Positions 50,401-60,961 of a stretch of DNA of 64,000 bases are shown here, in pieces. This DNA is from Anolis carolinensis (Eukaryota): positions 39,509,955-39,573,954 of the forward strand of contig NC_085843.1 in the NCBI RefSeq assembly GCF_035594765.1, in the 5' to 3' direction. Position numbers and translations under genes: made by a program. Under the pieces are notes generated by a model. The model saw only the letters and a list, made by a program, of their open reading frames with translations. It ran no database searches and was not told the DNA's origin. How positions within the stretch are numbered: the first letter of the stretch is position 1; each line of letters begins with the position of its first letter.

Positions 50401-50923
50401 TGATGGGCTCGGTGTCTGTGGCATGGCATACCTTGGCTACGAGGCAATGGTTTTGGCAATACGGTGAAGCAAACTGCAGTTCTCTGTTGGACCAGGAGAT
50501 GTTAGGGTCGTGGAGAGTCAGCCATGGAATTCCCAAAATCACAGGGAAATGGGGGACCTCGGTAACAAAGAAGGAAATCTCTTCCATATGTTCCCTTATC
50601 CACATCCTGGTGGGTTCCGACCACTGACTTACGGGGCCCGTCTTGAGGGGACGGCCGTCTATGGCTTGCACCACACGGGCATTCTTGAAATCATGATATT
50701 GTAATCCCAGAGAGTCGGCATACTCTCTATCGATGAAATTGTTGGTAGCTCCAGAGTCTATCATGGCGTGGATCATGACGGGTCCCCTTTTTGCTGACCA
50801 TAATGTGACCACGAGAAGGAACAGGACCCCGGTTGGCGGCTCTTGGATGGATTTTTTGACCGGGTTGGCGAGCCTCTCTACACCCGGTCGTTGGCTTCCC
50901 CCGCCGGCTGTGTGCCAGTCGGC
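47138..50923 (-). CDS. pol: Pol polyprotein (protease, RT, RNase H, integrase, chromodomain), likely expressed as Gag-Pol by -1 frameshift
   Basis: IDSGA protease; YLDD RT; DASD..KELLA..TDH RNase H; HHCC, D-D-E (ADFIT, TDRG, TERTN) and GPY integrase motifs; EFEVEDILDSR..YLIDWVGFGPEERSWE chromodomain. The frame is open from 50923; the ORF track starts it at 50812. Confidence 0.96.
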   Translation of the reverse strand, partial: ADWHTAGGGSQRPGVERLANPVKKSIQEPPTGVLFLLVVTLWSAKRGPVMIHAMIDSGATNNFIDREYADSLGLQYHDFKNARVVQAIDGRPLKTGPVSQWSEPTRMWIREHMEEISFFVTEVPHFPVILGIPWLTLHDPNISWSNRELQFASPYCQNHCLVAKVCHATDTEPIITLPKKYSEYWDVFNEKEAEKLPPHRPYDCAIDLVEGAPIPRGHLYSLTEPEQEALREFLETNLRKGFIRPSQSPAASPVMFVKKKSGELRLVVDYRALNNITKRNSYPLPLISDLLDRLRGAKVYTKLDLRGAYNLVRIREGDEWKTAFQTKFGLFESRVMNFGLCGAPATFQHFVNDIFQDYLDRFLIIYLDDFLVFSRSQSEHENHVKMVLQRLRDHGLYAKLEKCAFDLQEVDFLGYRISPLGLSMDPAKVSAVLEWRAPTNKKEVQRFLGFANYYRKFIPDFARWSDPITSCIRGKQPFRWTDQAEKGFQQLKKLFTSQPILQHPNPGTPFVVQADASDVAIGAVLLQPVGDHLHPCAFYSRQLTTPERNYTIWEKELLAIKAAFETWRHWLEGAKFPIEVHTDHRNLEHLRTARKLNQRQQRWALFFERFNFQIHYVTPAQTKQADALSRKPEYAAGRKETFESQLLQPENFATLTVGNTKSIPIGSTSPTPGPICAQEIRASQQADAWAQDQLRQGLHFPFSLKDGLLCYRNHVYIPPGPGREKALRLCHDCKPAGHFGLFKTMHLILRDFWWPKIRKDVEKYVNTCPVCQRSKIRREKPSGLLHPLPTPSRPWEIISADFITDLPPSCGFTTILVVVDLFTKLAHFIPCEGLPTAKETADLFLQHVFRLHGLPKSLVTDRGSQFTSRFWKALQKLLGIDSRLSSAHHPQTDGQTERTNATLEQYLRCYVNYQQDNWASLLPLSEFAYNNGVQASTKETPFFANYGFHPRFFPPVIETSEVPAAEDWLQELTAVQQLLLQQLDQAKEDYKRHADKHRQPGPEIKVGDRVFLSTRFLPSHRPCRKLDARFIGPYPVVAQLNPVTFKLQLPRSMRIHPVFHRSLLLPADGVRPDTDQPAPPPVLMNGEEEFEVEDILDSRFHRRRLQYLIDWVGFGPEERSWEDASTVHAPDLTRRFHQTYPTKPRPRASGRGPQFGRGLEEGDSVMTHGPCSPAQDIVIPDEDENLGFLPSQSELDSSQPDLSQADLGTLHLQESCLPEVCQTSPEPTSPVFLRREFCKQQRSLDSASRRSARIAAKNVAN
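47433..47446 (-). other. Polypurine tract
   Basis: GAGGAGGGGGATAG immediately precedes the 3' LTR on the minus strand. Confidence 0.9.
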
Positions 50924-51870
50924 TCAGACGCCTTCGTCTCCGTGGAGGACGCCGCCGCAAGACGGGCGGCAGGCTTCCCTTTGGCTGGGCACTCTCTGGC
51001 GAAGTGGCCCCCGTTCCCGCAGTACCAGCAGAGGTTTAAGCGTTGACGACGGGCCTTCTCGGCGGCATCTAGTCTGGGACGCACATTGCCCAACTGCATC
51101 GGCACCTCCTCGCCTCCTCTGGGGTATGGGGTTGGCGGTGGGGGTCTCCACACCGGACGTGGCTGCACGCTGGCGGGAGCGGGGGGTTTTGCCCCGGCTC
51201 TACTGCCCTGGCCTCGAACCCACTGTTTCCTGTTGGCAATCATGACTTCAGCCCGTAAACATTGATCAATGAGTGCCTCGAGGGTCTGGGGAGGATCCAC
51301 CTTGGAGATTTCTTCCAGCATTTCAATGTTGAGACCCTCCCGGAATTGTCCCCTGAGGGCTACATCGTTCCAGCCGGTGTTGTGGGCCAGCACTCGGAAC
51401 TCGGCTATATACTGAGACATAGGTCTGTCTCCTTGGAAAAGGCGACAGAGTTTGTGACCGGCTGCCTCCAAATTGTCCTCGATTCCCCAAGTCTCCTTGA
51501 GGTGGTCCAAGAAGTGTTGCGCTGATCTTAGGTGTGGAGAGACTTGGTCGAACAGTGCCGTCGCCCAGCTGGCCGCTGGCCCGTCTAGAAGACTGTAAAC
51601 CCATGCCACTTTGATGTCTTCTTGGGGAAACTCGGCAGCACGGGCCTCCAGATAAGCTTGACATTGGCGACGGAAGACATGAACCTTAGAAGCTTCTCCA
51701 GTAAACTTGGTTGGCAACGCCATGGCCGGAAGACGAACTCCGCGTTCCTTCAAACCCCTTATTTCTCCATCCTGTGCATTGAGCTTATCACGGATTCGGT
51801 CCACCTCTTCCTTGTCGATGGTGTAGGTAATCGGCTGGCCGCTCGGCCCAGGTACGACTCCGGTAGACAT
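50878..51870 (-). CDS. gag: Gag (330 aa) with CCHC zinc knuckle
   Basis: ATG start; sushi/PEG10-like capsid motifs (PTKFTG, LFQG..YIAEF, FREGL); CWYCGNGGHFAREC. Confidence 0.95.
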   Translation of the reverse strand: MSTGVVPGPSGQPITYTIDKEEVDRIRDKLNAQDGEIRGLKERGVRLPAMALPTKFTGEASKVHVFRRQCQAYLEARAAEFPQEDIKVAWVYSLLDGPAASWATALFDQVSPHLRSAQHFLDHLKETWGIEDNLEAAGHKLCRLFQGDRPMSQYIAEFRVLAHNTGWNDVALRGQFREGLNIEMLEEISKVDPPQTLEALIDQCLRAEVMIANRKQWVRGQGSRAGAKPPAPASVQPRPVWRPPPPTPYPRGGEEVPMQLGNVRPRLDAAEKARRQRLNLCWYCGNGGHFARECPAKGKPAARLAAASSTETKASEPTGTQPAGEANDRV

Positions 51871-51900
51871 TCTGGCCGAGGTTAATTGGTGCTTAGGGTG

Positions 51901-51910
51901 GCGGAGTCAA
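51901..51910 (-). other. Primer-binding site, self-priming type
   Basis: TTGACTCCGC lies 2 nt after the 5' LTR, has no TGG start, and is complementary to LTR positions 52446-52455. Confidence 0.8.
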
Positions 51911-51912
51911 AC

Positions 51913-52883
51913 TGTCACGACCCAGGCTGCAGAGCACCAATAACCATACACAGAGGCCAGAATCTATCTAATATCTTTATTGAAGGAATATATAAAGTTA
52001 ATAAAAACAAGTGTAGAAAATAGTTCAGAATTAGACCTTTCAGGAAAGGTCAGAATTAGTCCAAAAAAGCAATGTCCAATAAAAAATATTAAGGTCCAAA
52101 GTTGTAATCCAATAACCGAAACACTCACTTTGCCAAGCAAAGTGAGGGGAGATGACAAGGTCCTTTAGTCCATGAAACTTGAGCGAGGCTAGGAAATAAC
52201 TTGATTCTTGAAACAAGGCTTGAACGTGGAACAAGGTAACTAAGAACAAGAACAAGGTCCGTGGAATAACTTGATAAATCCGTGGAACAAGGCAAGGATT
52301 GATCCTGGGAAACAAGGCAAAGTCCGTAGATAAACAAAGGCTGGGAAGCAAGGCGAAGGCTGGATAGCTAGGCAAGGCTTGAGCAGGAGCGAGGCTTGAA
52401 TCGGAGCGCGCTGTCCAGACACAACTCGCTCCGTAGGCTGACGAATTGACTCCGCGAAGTTACTACGCGGGTAAAACACCTAAATAGAGTCTAGCTTTCC
52501 CGCCGAAGCAGTTCTCTGGGAATCAGAACCGAAAGCTAACTCTGAGACCAGATGTGAGACTCCCCAAAGATTCTCACGAGAAGCAGTCTTAATTGGCCAC
52601 ATTCTTAGCTGCAATCCTTGCACTCCTGCGCGAAGCTGAATCCAAACTTCTCTGTTGTTTACAAAACTCCCGGCGCAAGAATACGGGAGAAGTAGGCTCT
52701 GGGCTTGTTTGACATACTTCTGGGAGACAACTTTCTTGCAGGTGCAAGGTTCCCAGATCTGCCTGGGAAAGATCTGGCTGAGAGGAATCCAGTTCAGACT
52801 GGGAAGGTAAAAAACCCAAGTTTTCATCTTCATCAGGAATTACAATGTCCTGAGCAGGACTACAAGGCCCATGGGTCATCACA
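51913..52883 (-). repeat. 5' LTR
   Basis: Direct repeat of 46462-47432; one difference seen (52206 T versus 46755 A). Confidence 0.97.
52455..52486 (-). promoter_or_regulatory. Predicted LTR core promoter (TATA-like TATTTAG; start site near 52455)
   Basis: TATTTAG at 52486-52480 begins 31 nt upstream of the predicted self-primer. Confidence 0.6.
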
Positions 52884-55800
52884 CTATTTCACCATAGAAT
52901 ACAGTATACCTTTCTTTACCTCTAGCCACATATCCCTTTTATTGTTTTGAATGGCTGCCAGTAGCTTCTGCTTTGTTTTCCAGCAAGCCTCAATATCAGC
53001 CTCCCTCTTCCATGTCATGACAGCAATAGTGCTTCTTTTATTGTGCCAGCAGCAACTCAGCAGTGACCAAGGCTGATGAGAAGAGAAAAACATTCAGGTG
53101 TTGAAACATTTCCTGTTGCTTGTGCTCAGAGTGATAAGATCTTGGTCAAGATGTAGATGCTCAGTCTTGGTAGGATAGTAAAGAACCCACTGCCTTTCAC
53201 TTACACAGTTCATGTGCACCCTGTCAGTTTAGGTGAGTTATAAGGTGGGAGTTCCTAATCTATTAACCACCACAGAGGCTGAGACACAGCTGAATATGGT
53301 AGCAGATTTATAGAAAAAAGTTACTAGTGCAATACATCTGCTTGTGACTCATGGCAATGGTTTACCACCAGCTTTTCTGATCTTGCAGGGCCACTATGTT
53401 TCTTAAATGTTTATGCCTGGTAGTAGGCTCATTTGGGCAGCTTTCCTCATTAGAGCATCCCTTTGCCTGGTAATTCTATAGCTGCTGTCTTCTATGAATC
53501 TCAAAAAACCATCCATGTAATTGTGCCACTAACCACAACACAAAAAAGGTTTTCTGTATACACCTGAACACTACATGAGAAATAGTTTTGATAGCATTAT
53601 GCATAAAATGTTGCATAAATGTTTATTTTTAATATGTGTACAGTTGCTATTCTACATACTCAGTGACTTGCAAATCTTGGCATGTTGTATATATGACAGT
53701 ATGTATGCCCATATTCTTGAGATTATTTTTGGGAAGGAAATGTGTTGGCACAGGAAGATGAAACAACCTTCATTTGCGGGTTGCCTGAGAAGCAAACCCG
53801 TTAATGTCATCTGTCGGTGTGTATCATCTTTGATGAATTAATTTTGGATGCTAAGCTTTGCTTTGCTGATGTCATTCATCATTTATAATTCCTATGTTTG
53901 TAGGATGGTGTTTGGGCAGAGGAGAAAGTCAGCAGGAGGCTCTGAATGCGTTCTTGCTTGCTCTCAGCTCCCCTCCCTCCCATTGCCTCACCCATTCAAT
54001 GTTTCTGTCTTGCCCACCATTATCCTTCCTTTCCTCCCAACATCTTTCAGAGTTTCTCTTTGCATAACTAATATTTCACGTTAGCTAATTCTTCAGTGAC
54101 TGCATCAGGGGTGCCTTGATATTTCTCACCTCCTCCTCATTCTCTCTGATCTGTTACTGTTTTCCTCCATCTGCCTGATTGTCATCTTGCATTTTATCTG
54201 GGTTTAAGGACGCCAGGTGCTGCAATTCTCTGATATAGTGCGGAATGCTTCAGATTGCCTGGGCAGACTTGATAATTAGCAGCATGTAGGGTTTCCATCC
54301 AATGTATTTTTCTTTTCTTTTACCTCTTTTATTCAGTGAAGGTGTCATATGGCCTTCAAAAACAACCTCCTTCCATGCCCGCTCCAAATTATGACTTAAA
54401 ATTCAAGATTGTTTTAAAAAGAAAAACCCGAGAGTTTCCAGAATGGACCTGTTGTTTAAATTATTAAATATTGTGCAACCCAATTCTATTCAGGTTTACT
54501 CAGGCAAAAGTCCAGCTGTGTTCAAAGAGGCAGCTTACTCCCAGGCACATGACAAAGCACTGCAGCCTGATTTTTGCAGTCACAATCATATTCATCTTTG
54601 CAAACTCTGAGAAGAAACATAACAAAGTTTGTCCAGTTGTTAATATTTATAAGCAACCTTCCTACCACAAAGGTGATGTAATGATTACTATGACTCTGGC
54701 TTTAAGTATGGGGAATAACACTCTGTTATATTTTCCCCAAGGAAACACAAATGAAATTATGAAGGTTCAGGAATTTTGATCTCAAGAAGCTTTTTTTTTA
54801 CTTTATGTTTTAGAACTCTATTGACTATAGTACAACAGAGTCTATTTCAGATATAACATTTTCCCTACAGATATATAAGCAAAGGTGGGGTTGTGGGCAT
54901 ATGAAAACACATCTGGAAAATAACAAGTGTCTAATAATACTTACATATTCATAACTATTTGGTATTCATGTTTATGATTGTAGTATCATTACCATAATCT
55001 TAAATCCACTCCACCCAAACCTACTTAAACAGCCAGCAGATGCACAAAGTAATGGAATTCTGTTTAGATGGCAGTTGAGGAACCATAGGATGAAGTTTCC
55101 AGCCCCCTAATGCTAGTGATGTGCTATGTGGCAATCAGAAATAGGAGTCCTGTTGTGAATCCTCATCATACTGCAGCTCACTGGCAGGAGGAAGCTGGAA
55201 ATATCATCCTGTAGTGCCCTGGTTGCCGGCAAAACAGATACCTCTGTCACTCTGTGTGGCTACTAGCTGTGAAGACAGGTTTGATGAGTTAGATTGGGAG
55301 ACATATGTAGTTGCACATTCATGTCTATGTTTCTGATATAGATTGACTTCTTTTTCAAATAACAATATATCCTCTTGGTTATTTTTAGGAACTATGGATA
55401 TTACAAGTGGATGGCATGGGATGCAAACCGTATTTTCCTCTCCTCTTTTCCACCATGTCATTTCTGCCCTGCCCTGCCCTGCCCTGCCAAATTCTGAATT
55501 ACAACAGCATGAAAGATCAGTATGAGCTATTGCTTAATGTTGTGGATTGGATCCAGAGTAATCCACCACAATAAAACAGATTTATGAGTGATCAAGATGA
55601 GATGAAGCTAGTGCTGCAAGTAAACTTTATTTATAAATAGTGCATGTAGCAGGTGTTTCCCTAGCAGTTAAAATCATCTACATGTCCTGATAAGAAATCA
55701 AAATCCCTTCACTACAGATGGTGGGTTATGGTCCCTAAACAGCAGACTATTCAAGGGAAACAAGACTGGTGTGTATGCCTGCCAAAATATAGGTGTTGGC

Positions 55801-56209
55801 CCAAGGAGCTACACAAAGAAATTCCTTCTGCACAAGTTCAACCTGTCTCCTCCTTCCCTTTTCAAAATTTGGACAGATATCTATAGAGAGCTAAGTATAT
55901 TCCTGTGCATAATTCCAGATTCAGCAGAATATTCTGACAAGAAAGCAGGTGCTGATCTTATTCCCTTATGCCCTAGAATGCCCTGCCAGAATAACTGTGA
56001 TGCCAATTCTAGCATGTACAAAATAACTCCTTCCATGTTGCTGCACAGTGGTGAAGTATATGTCTCGGATGCTGGGAACTACTGCAGCCCCTTGGTAGCA
56101 AATGCTACATTCACAACATTTGAGTCGTGAGTTTTTATTTCTCCACTGAGTCAAGGTACACACCCATCATTGTAAAATAATTTGAAGGTGCAGTTACGCA
56201 GCAAAAATA

Positions 56210-56565
56210 CAAAAAGCCTTCCACATTTTCTGGCGTCAGGGGTACAGCATCCCTACAAAAGTAGAAAAACCATGAATGGAGAAAATACTAATTATTTTCA
56301 CCTGAATGAATACCGCTTTGTGAACCCCAAGATCATTCAGCAAAACATTATTGTCAATGTCCACCTGAGGTTGATCATAGAAACCCAGTGGTGAACCTAG
56401 AAATGCCAATAGAAGTGTTCTCTCTAAGAATCTCTAGGACTTCCAGCTCTACTTCCGGTGAAGGTTGATCATGATAGAGCCACACCATAGGATTGGATCT
56501 AGGTATCCCTAAAGAGAACATATTAATCAAATTCAAATAAGCCAATGCCACAGATGTGGACTGCC
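56210..56565. mobile_element. Degenerate Tigger-like element, same family as 60623-60961
   Basis: Shared CCTTCCACATT start and CCTAGA..TCTCTCTA..TCTCTAGG internal units. Confidence 0.5.
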
Positions 56566-57122
56566 TTTTTAATTCTTTCAATAAAAGTTTTAAAAGTTAT
56601 AAATGCTAGTTACGTGGTTATTCTGTACTTTTACTGGTGGGAAGAAATAATTAATTTCTGGTACTTGTTTGGAAGTACTGTACATATCTCCAAGTTCTTA
56701 CTTCCTCTTCAATGTTTAACTTGTGTATCACCTAACCTATACAGTGATTGCCACTATATTTATTTGATATTAAATACAGTATTTTCCTTTAATCAATTAA
56801 TAATGACTGCACATTTATATATGTATTTGGCTTAATGGTGACCTTGCTTTCACTATTCATTTCTTCCTTTCATGTTCCAAGTCTTATGAAATTGATAGCA
56901 TTTATTCCAAAACTTTGTTTGCCCTTATCATTGCATTATAGACAAACAGTCAGGGTATACTAAAACTGAAAGAGAAGATGCTTCAAATGTTTTTGAAAAT
57001 TCAAACTGGAGTCACTAAACAAGTGCAGAAATAGCACGCTATTTCCCTGTTGGATGTACAATTGCCAATCTAGATCACATGTTTTCACTGAAAAGAGAAA
57101 AATCAATGGTGAGGTAATATTT

Positions 57123-57199
57123 TGGACAGCTACCTGTTGGGAATGCTCTAGCTGGAGATCTTGTATTGTAAAGGGCCCCTTCCAACTCTATGATTCTAT
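57123..57199 (+). mobile_element. CR1 3' tail remnant
   Basis: CCCTTCCAACTCTATGATTCTAT. Confidence 0.65.
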
Positions 57200-58713
57200 C
57201 AGGATAATGGATTCAGCTGATGTGATAGAAGTTGATTGTGATTCCAAGATCATTCAAGATAAATGTGAGTTTCCAAAGTAGATTGAAAATGGAAACGAAT
57301 AAATCCTCTGTTGATCTAAAAATCAGAAGGAATCTATGCTTCATTTTCAGTGAGACTATGTCCATGCAGAGAGTGAGATTGATTGGAGCTATCTGTGGAG
57401 GGTATATGGTAGGTGTATAAACAACCCAAATCAAAGTGTTTTATGTTCAGCCTAGCAGAGGCCAGGCAAGCACAAGTAGAAGATATGTTCATGTCACCTA
57501 CATGAACCATGTTGGAATGAGCTGCTCTGTTATCAGAGAGAAAGCTTATCTACAGGTAATATATCTCACCACACAATAAGCAGAGTGTGGTGGGATATAT
57601 ATGGTTTGCTGATAGAAGTACAGGCTGCTGCAATTAGATTGACCCTCACATATATTAGGAGGGCAGAAAAAACTTCAGGCCTGTTCACACATCACCTTTT
57701 CTATAAATACGAGCAGGCGTTACTCATGTTTATAGCACAGACTTGTGTGAACAAGTGTATTGCGTGAATTCAGTTAATAGGACTGTGGCTGTTATAAAAT
57801 GCTATTTGTGTTATTTGATTGGTTGATTGAGTATATAAATCATATTGTTTATCAGACCACCCAAGGCAATGTAAAACAAATATATATTCTATTAAACTCC
57901 TCATAAAACCAAGGAACACAGAAGTAAAGCAACAACATCAATAACCCATAGAGTAAAATTGTAAGACATAATTATAAATAAAAATTGAACAGCAATGTTT
58001 TGACATTATATACAATTCAAAGTCTAATGGAATGGAACTGTCTTTACTAAAAATAGAGTCGGGAGGGAGACCAGCTCAACTGCTTTGGGAAGGAGTTCCA
58101 GAAACAAGGATGTTGGTACTTTTTTAAAATGAGGTAAAGACATAGAAAAAGGACAGCAGCAATTATAGATTTGATATTGGGAATCATGTAGTAATGTAAA
58201 ATCATAATGAAAGAAACTCTCAAGAGAAATGTTAAGAGCACAATAAGTTATAGCTAGCTTGAAAGCCAAACCAGGAAACAACACATTGTTTTCTTTATAA
58301 AAAATGGAAGGTTGATGGATTCACTCCACATCTTACCTTGAGGACAGCTGTGCTCTGAAACAGTTTTATTTTATAAAACAATATTAAACACTGTGTGGCT
58401 ACAGTATTGTAGTAATGGTGATAATACAGAACTATTTAATCTTCTCTTTCTCTGTGAAATCAGAGGAACAACTGAGAATTTCAGTTTCATCCTTGGGTGA
58501 AACTTTGGTGGGGAATCAGCATAGTGTAGTGATTTGAGCACTGGATTACTGCTCTGAAAACTAGGGTTTGAATTGCTTCTCAGCCACTTTGAGTCTCCTT
58601 TATGGGCACTCACTGTTGACAGTTTCAACAAACATGTTGACCCTGTGTAAATTGTGCCCGGGGATCGCATTGGTGTGAAATTAATTTGGGACAAGGCAAA
58701 GTTTTCATGCTTT

Positions 58714-58932
58714 GTGTTGTCGAAGGCTTTCATGGCCCAAATCACAGGGTTGTTGTGTGTTTTCCGGGCTGTATGGCCATGTTCCAGAAGTATTCTCTCC
58801 TGACATTTCACCCACATCTATGGCAGACATCCTCAGAGGTTGTTAGGATGCCTGCCATATATGTGGGTGAAACATCAGGAGAGAATACTTCTGGAACATG
58901 GCCATACAGCCCGGAAAACACACAACAACCCT
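58714..58932. mobile_element. Penelope-like inverted pLTR palindrome (older, CpG-decayed)
   Basis: Inverted arms of about 87 bp; TSD GTTTTCATGCTTT at 58701-58713 and 58933-58945. Confidence 0.88.
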
Positions 58933-59104
58933 GTTTTCATGCTTTGCCCCAAATTAATTTGCTTTTACCTGAAGCATTGTTTGGACTCAAGGTCTCTAGC
59001 AGTTCATTTTTCTGATCTCTGTGAAGATCCTACGGATGTTTTCCCTGAGCTTTCAACAGTCCAAACACCGACAGATGGCTAATTCTGAAGCATAAAACTA
59101 ACTT

Positions 59105-59520
59105 GCCCTATATTCTGGACCCAGTATAAGTCCAGAAATTTAGTCAAAAAATCAATCCCAAAAACCTGGATTGGCTTATCCATGGGGCAATGTGAGTACT
59201 GTACCTTAACTCTTATTATAAAAGAGGAACCATCCCCTTCTCTGAGTTGAGTAGTGAAAAACAGCTCATTCTGGAACAACCTAAAAGAAGCACCAACCCC
59301 TCTTTGCCATAGTACAACTTCTGGCCCTTTTCAATGTCTGGGCATAGAAATTGAGGTGGTGACATAGGGCAACTGGCCTGTGGAGGCAATATTGGTGTAT
59401 TCCCCTTTCTAAGGAATGAACTTTGACTTATCCATGGGCAATATCAAAGTTCGGTGTGAAATCCTAAATACTGCCCTCGGCTTATACATGAAATCAACGT
59501 ATACATAAGCATATACTATA
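59105..59520. mobile_element. Tc2/pogo-like non-autonomous element
   Basis: Reverse-complement similarity to 42960-43290 plus 44380-44473; a further fragment lies at about 26375-26525. Confidence 0.65.
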
Positions 59521-60438
59521 TACAGCATCAGGATGGATCTTACTGTCTGACTCCAATACAGAATACTAATATGGCTTCCGGAATCTACACATGACATACT
59601 AAAAAAAAAGAGTTGTGGATTCTTGTTTTCATTTCCTTTTAAATGAAATTCTACATTCAATCACCCAGGAAAGGAAAAATGAGTAAAATAAGAAGCCTCA
59701 ATAAAAGCCTTCTTTCTATAGTTTGCTACAATGGTTTGTCTCACCTGCTCCGTGCCTCTAACCTCACCCCTGCCCCAATCTGTATTGTGTCAGGCAACAG
59801 CATTTCCTTTCTGGGATAATACCTCATAACACATTAGAGAATTTGCCTGGCTTGTTTACACTTGCTACTGGGGAGACAAGTGTTGTTTTGTGTTGAACAG
59901 ACAGCATTTGATCCCATTTTATTTCCACTCCTGCCATTTTGCTTCTGGCACCAAAGGTAGCAGGGGGCTGCATTGGGTGGCAAGGGAAGTTGTTAGCAGA
60001 ATCCTGCAAACGCTTGTGAAATGCCAAGATTACAGCTGGCTCATCAGCACTTGTGGCGGTGCGATTCTTAAGGGAAAGCAGGCTTTGTGTGGAGGCATAA
60101 GCAGTTGCAGCGCTCTCAGAAGGAGGCAGCTTGTGCTCATAAGAGAAGAGTGCACTGCATTCACTCCAGACTTCTTTTAATGCATTTTCAATCCTGCTTT
60201 CTTTTGTTGCAAAGACTTGGAGTGTGGTTTAGAAAAGAGGAAGGAAAAAATAACGGAAGTATACTTCCCAGTTCTACCTATTTATTATATATAGGATCAA
60301 GTGCCCATTATGACAAGCACATTTAACACTAGTCCCATTCAAGTTTTCGAAAAGTATTCACCAAATGCACAAGAGGAGAACATTCTATCTCTCCTTTACC
60401 CTCTCCCCATTTCCATTGCCCTTGACACATGAGACCGA

Positions 60439-60564
60439 GACCCCTTCCACACAGCTGTATAAAATCCACATTGAACTGGTTTATATGGCAGTGTGGACTC
60501 AGATAATCCACTTTTGTGGATTATCTGCCTTGATATTTTGGGTTATATGGCTGTGTGAAAGGGC
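60439..60564. mobile_element. PIF/Harbinger-type MITE
   Basis: Inverted copy of 18813-18962; flanks CGA / TGA. Confidence 0.75.
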
Positions 60565-60622
60565 TGAGGGAGAGGGGGGGGAGAGAGGGAGAGAGAGATG
60601 AGCCTCTGTCACTGAAGCTTTA

Positions 60623-60961
60623 TAGTCAGCCCTTCACATTTACTAGGGTTAGGGGCACAGGACCACCATGAAAGTAAAAAACATGAATAAATAAATTGCT
60701 GGTGTTTTACCTGAGAGAAAATCTCTCTAGTAATTTCTAGGTCTTATCTTTAGGCTCTAATCTGGCCATAGAGGTGCCACATTGGAGGATCTAGAGATTC
60801 CTAGACAGGTGTCCTCTCTAGAACTCTAGATCCCCCAGCAATACTGTTGATCATAAATTCACACTGGAGGACCTAGAGATTCCTAGCGATACTGTTTTAA
60901 ATCAAATCTGTGAATAATCAAATCTGCAAAAATCAAAACTGCAAATGTGGAAGGACAACTG
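60623..60961. mobile_element. Tc1/mariner (Tigger-like) non-autonomous element
   Basis: Imperfect TIRs TAGTCAGCCCTTCACATTTAC / GCAAATGTGGAAGGACAACTG; TA on both sides. Confidence 0.7.

Larger units (their letters stand above)
46462..52883 (-). mobile_element. Full-length Ty3/gypsy LTR retrotransposon, chromovirus (Tf1/sushi-like)
   Basis: Two 971-bp TG..CA LTRs; 5-bp TSD CTATT at 46457-46461 and 52884-52888; gag followed by PR-RT-RH-IN-chromodomain. Confidence 0.98.

Noticed and set aside
51890-51912. Conventional tRNA primer-binding site
   Set aside because: No TGG adjacent to the LTR end; the sequence is explained by complementarity to the LTR itself
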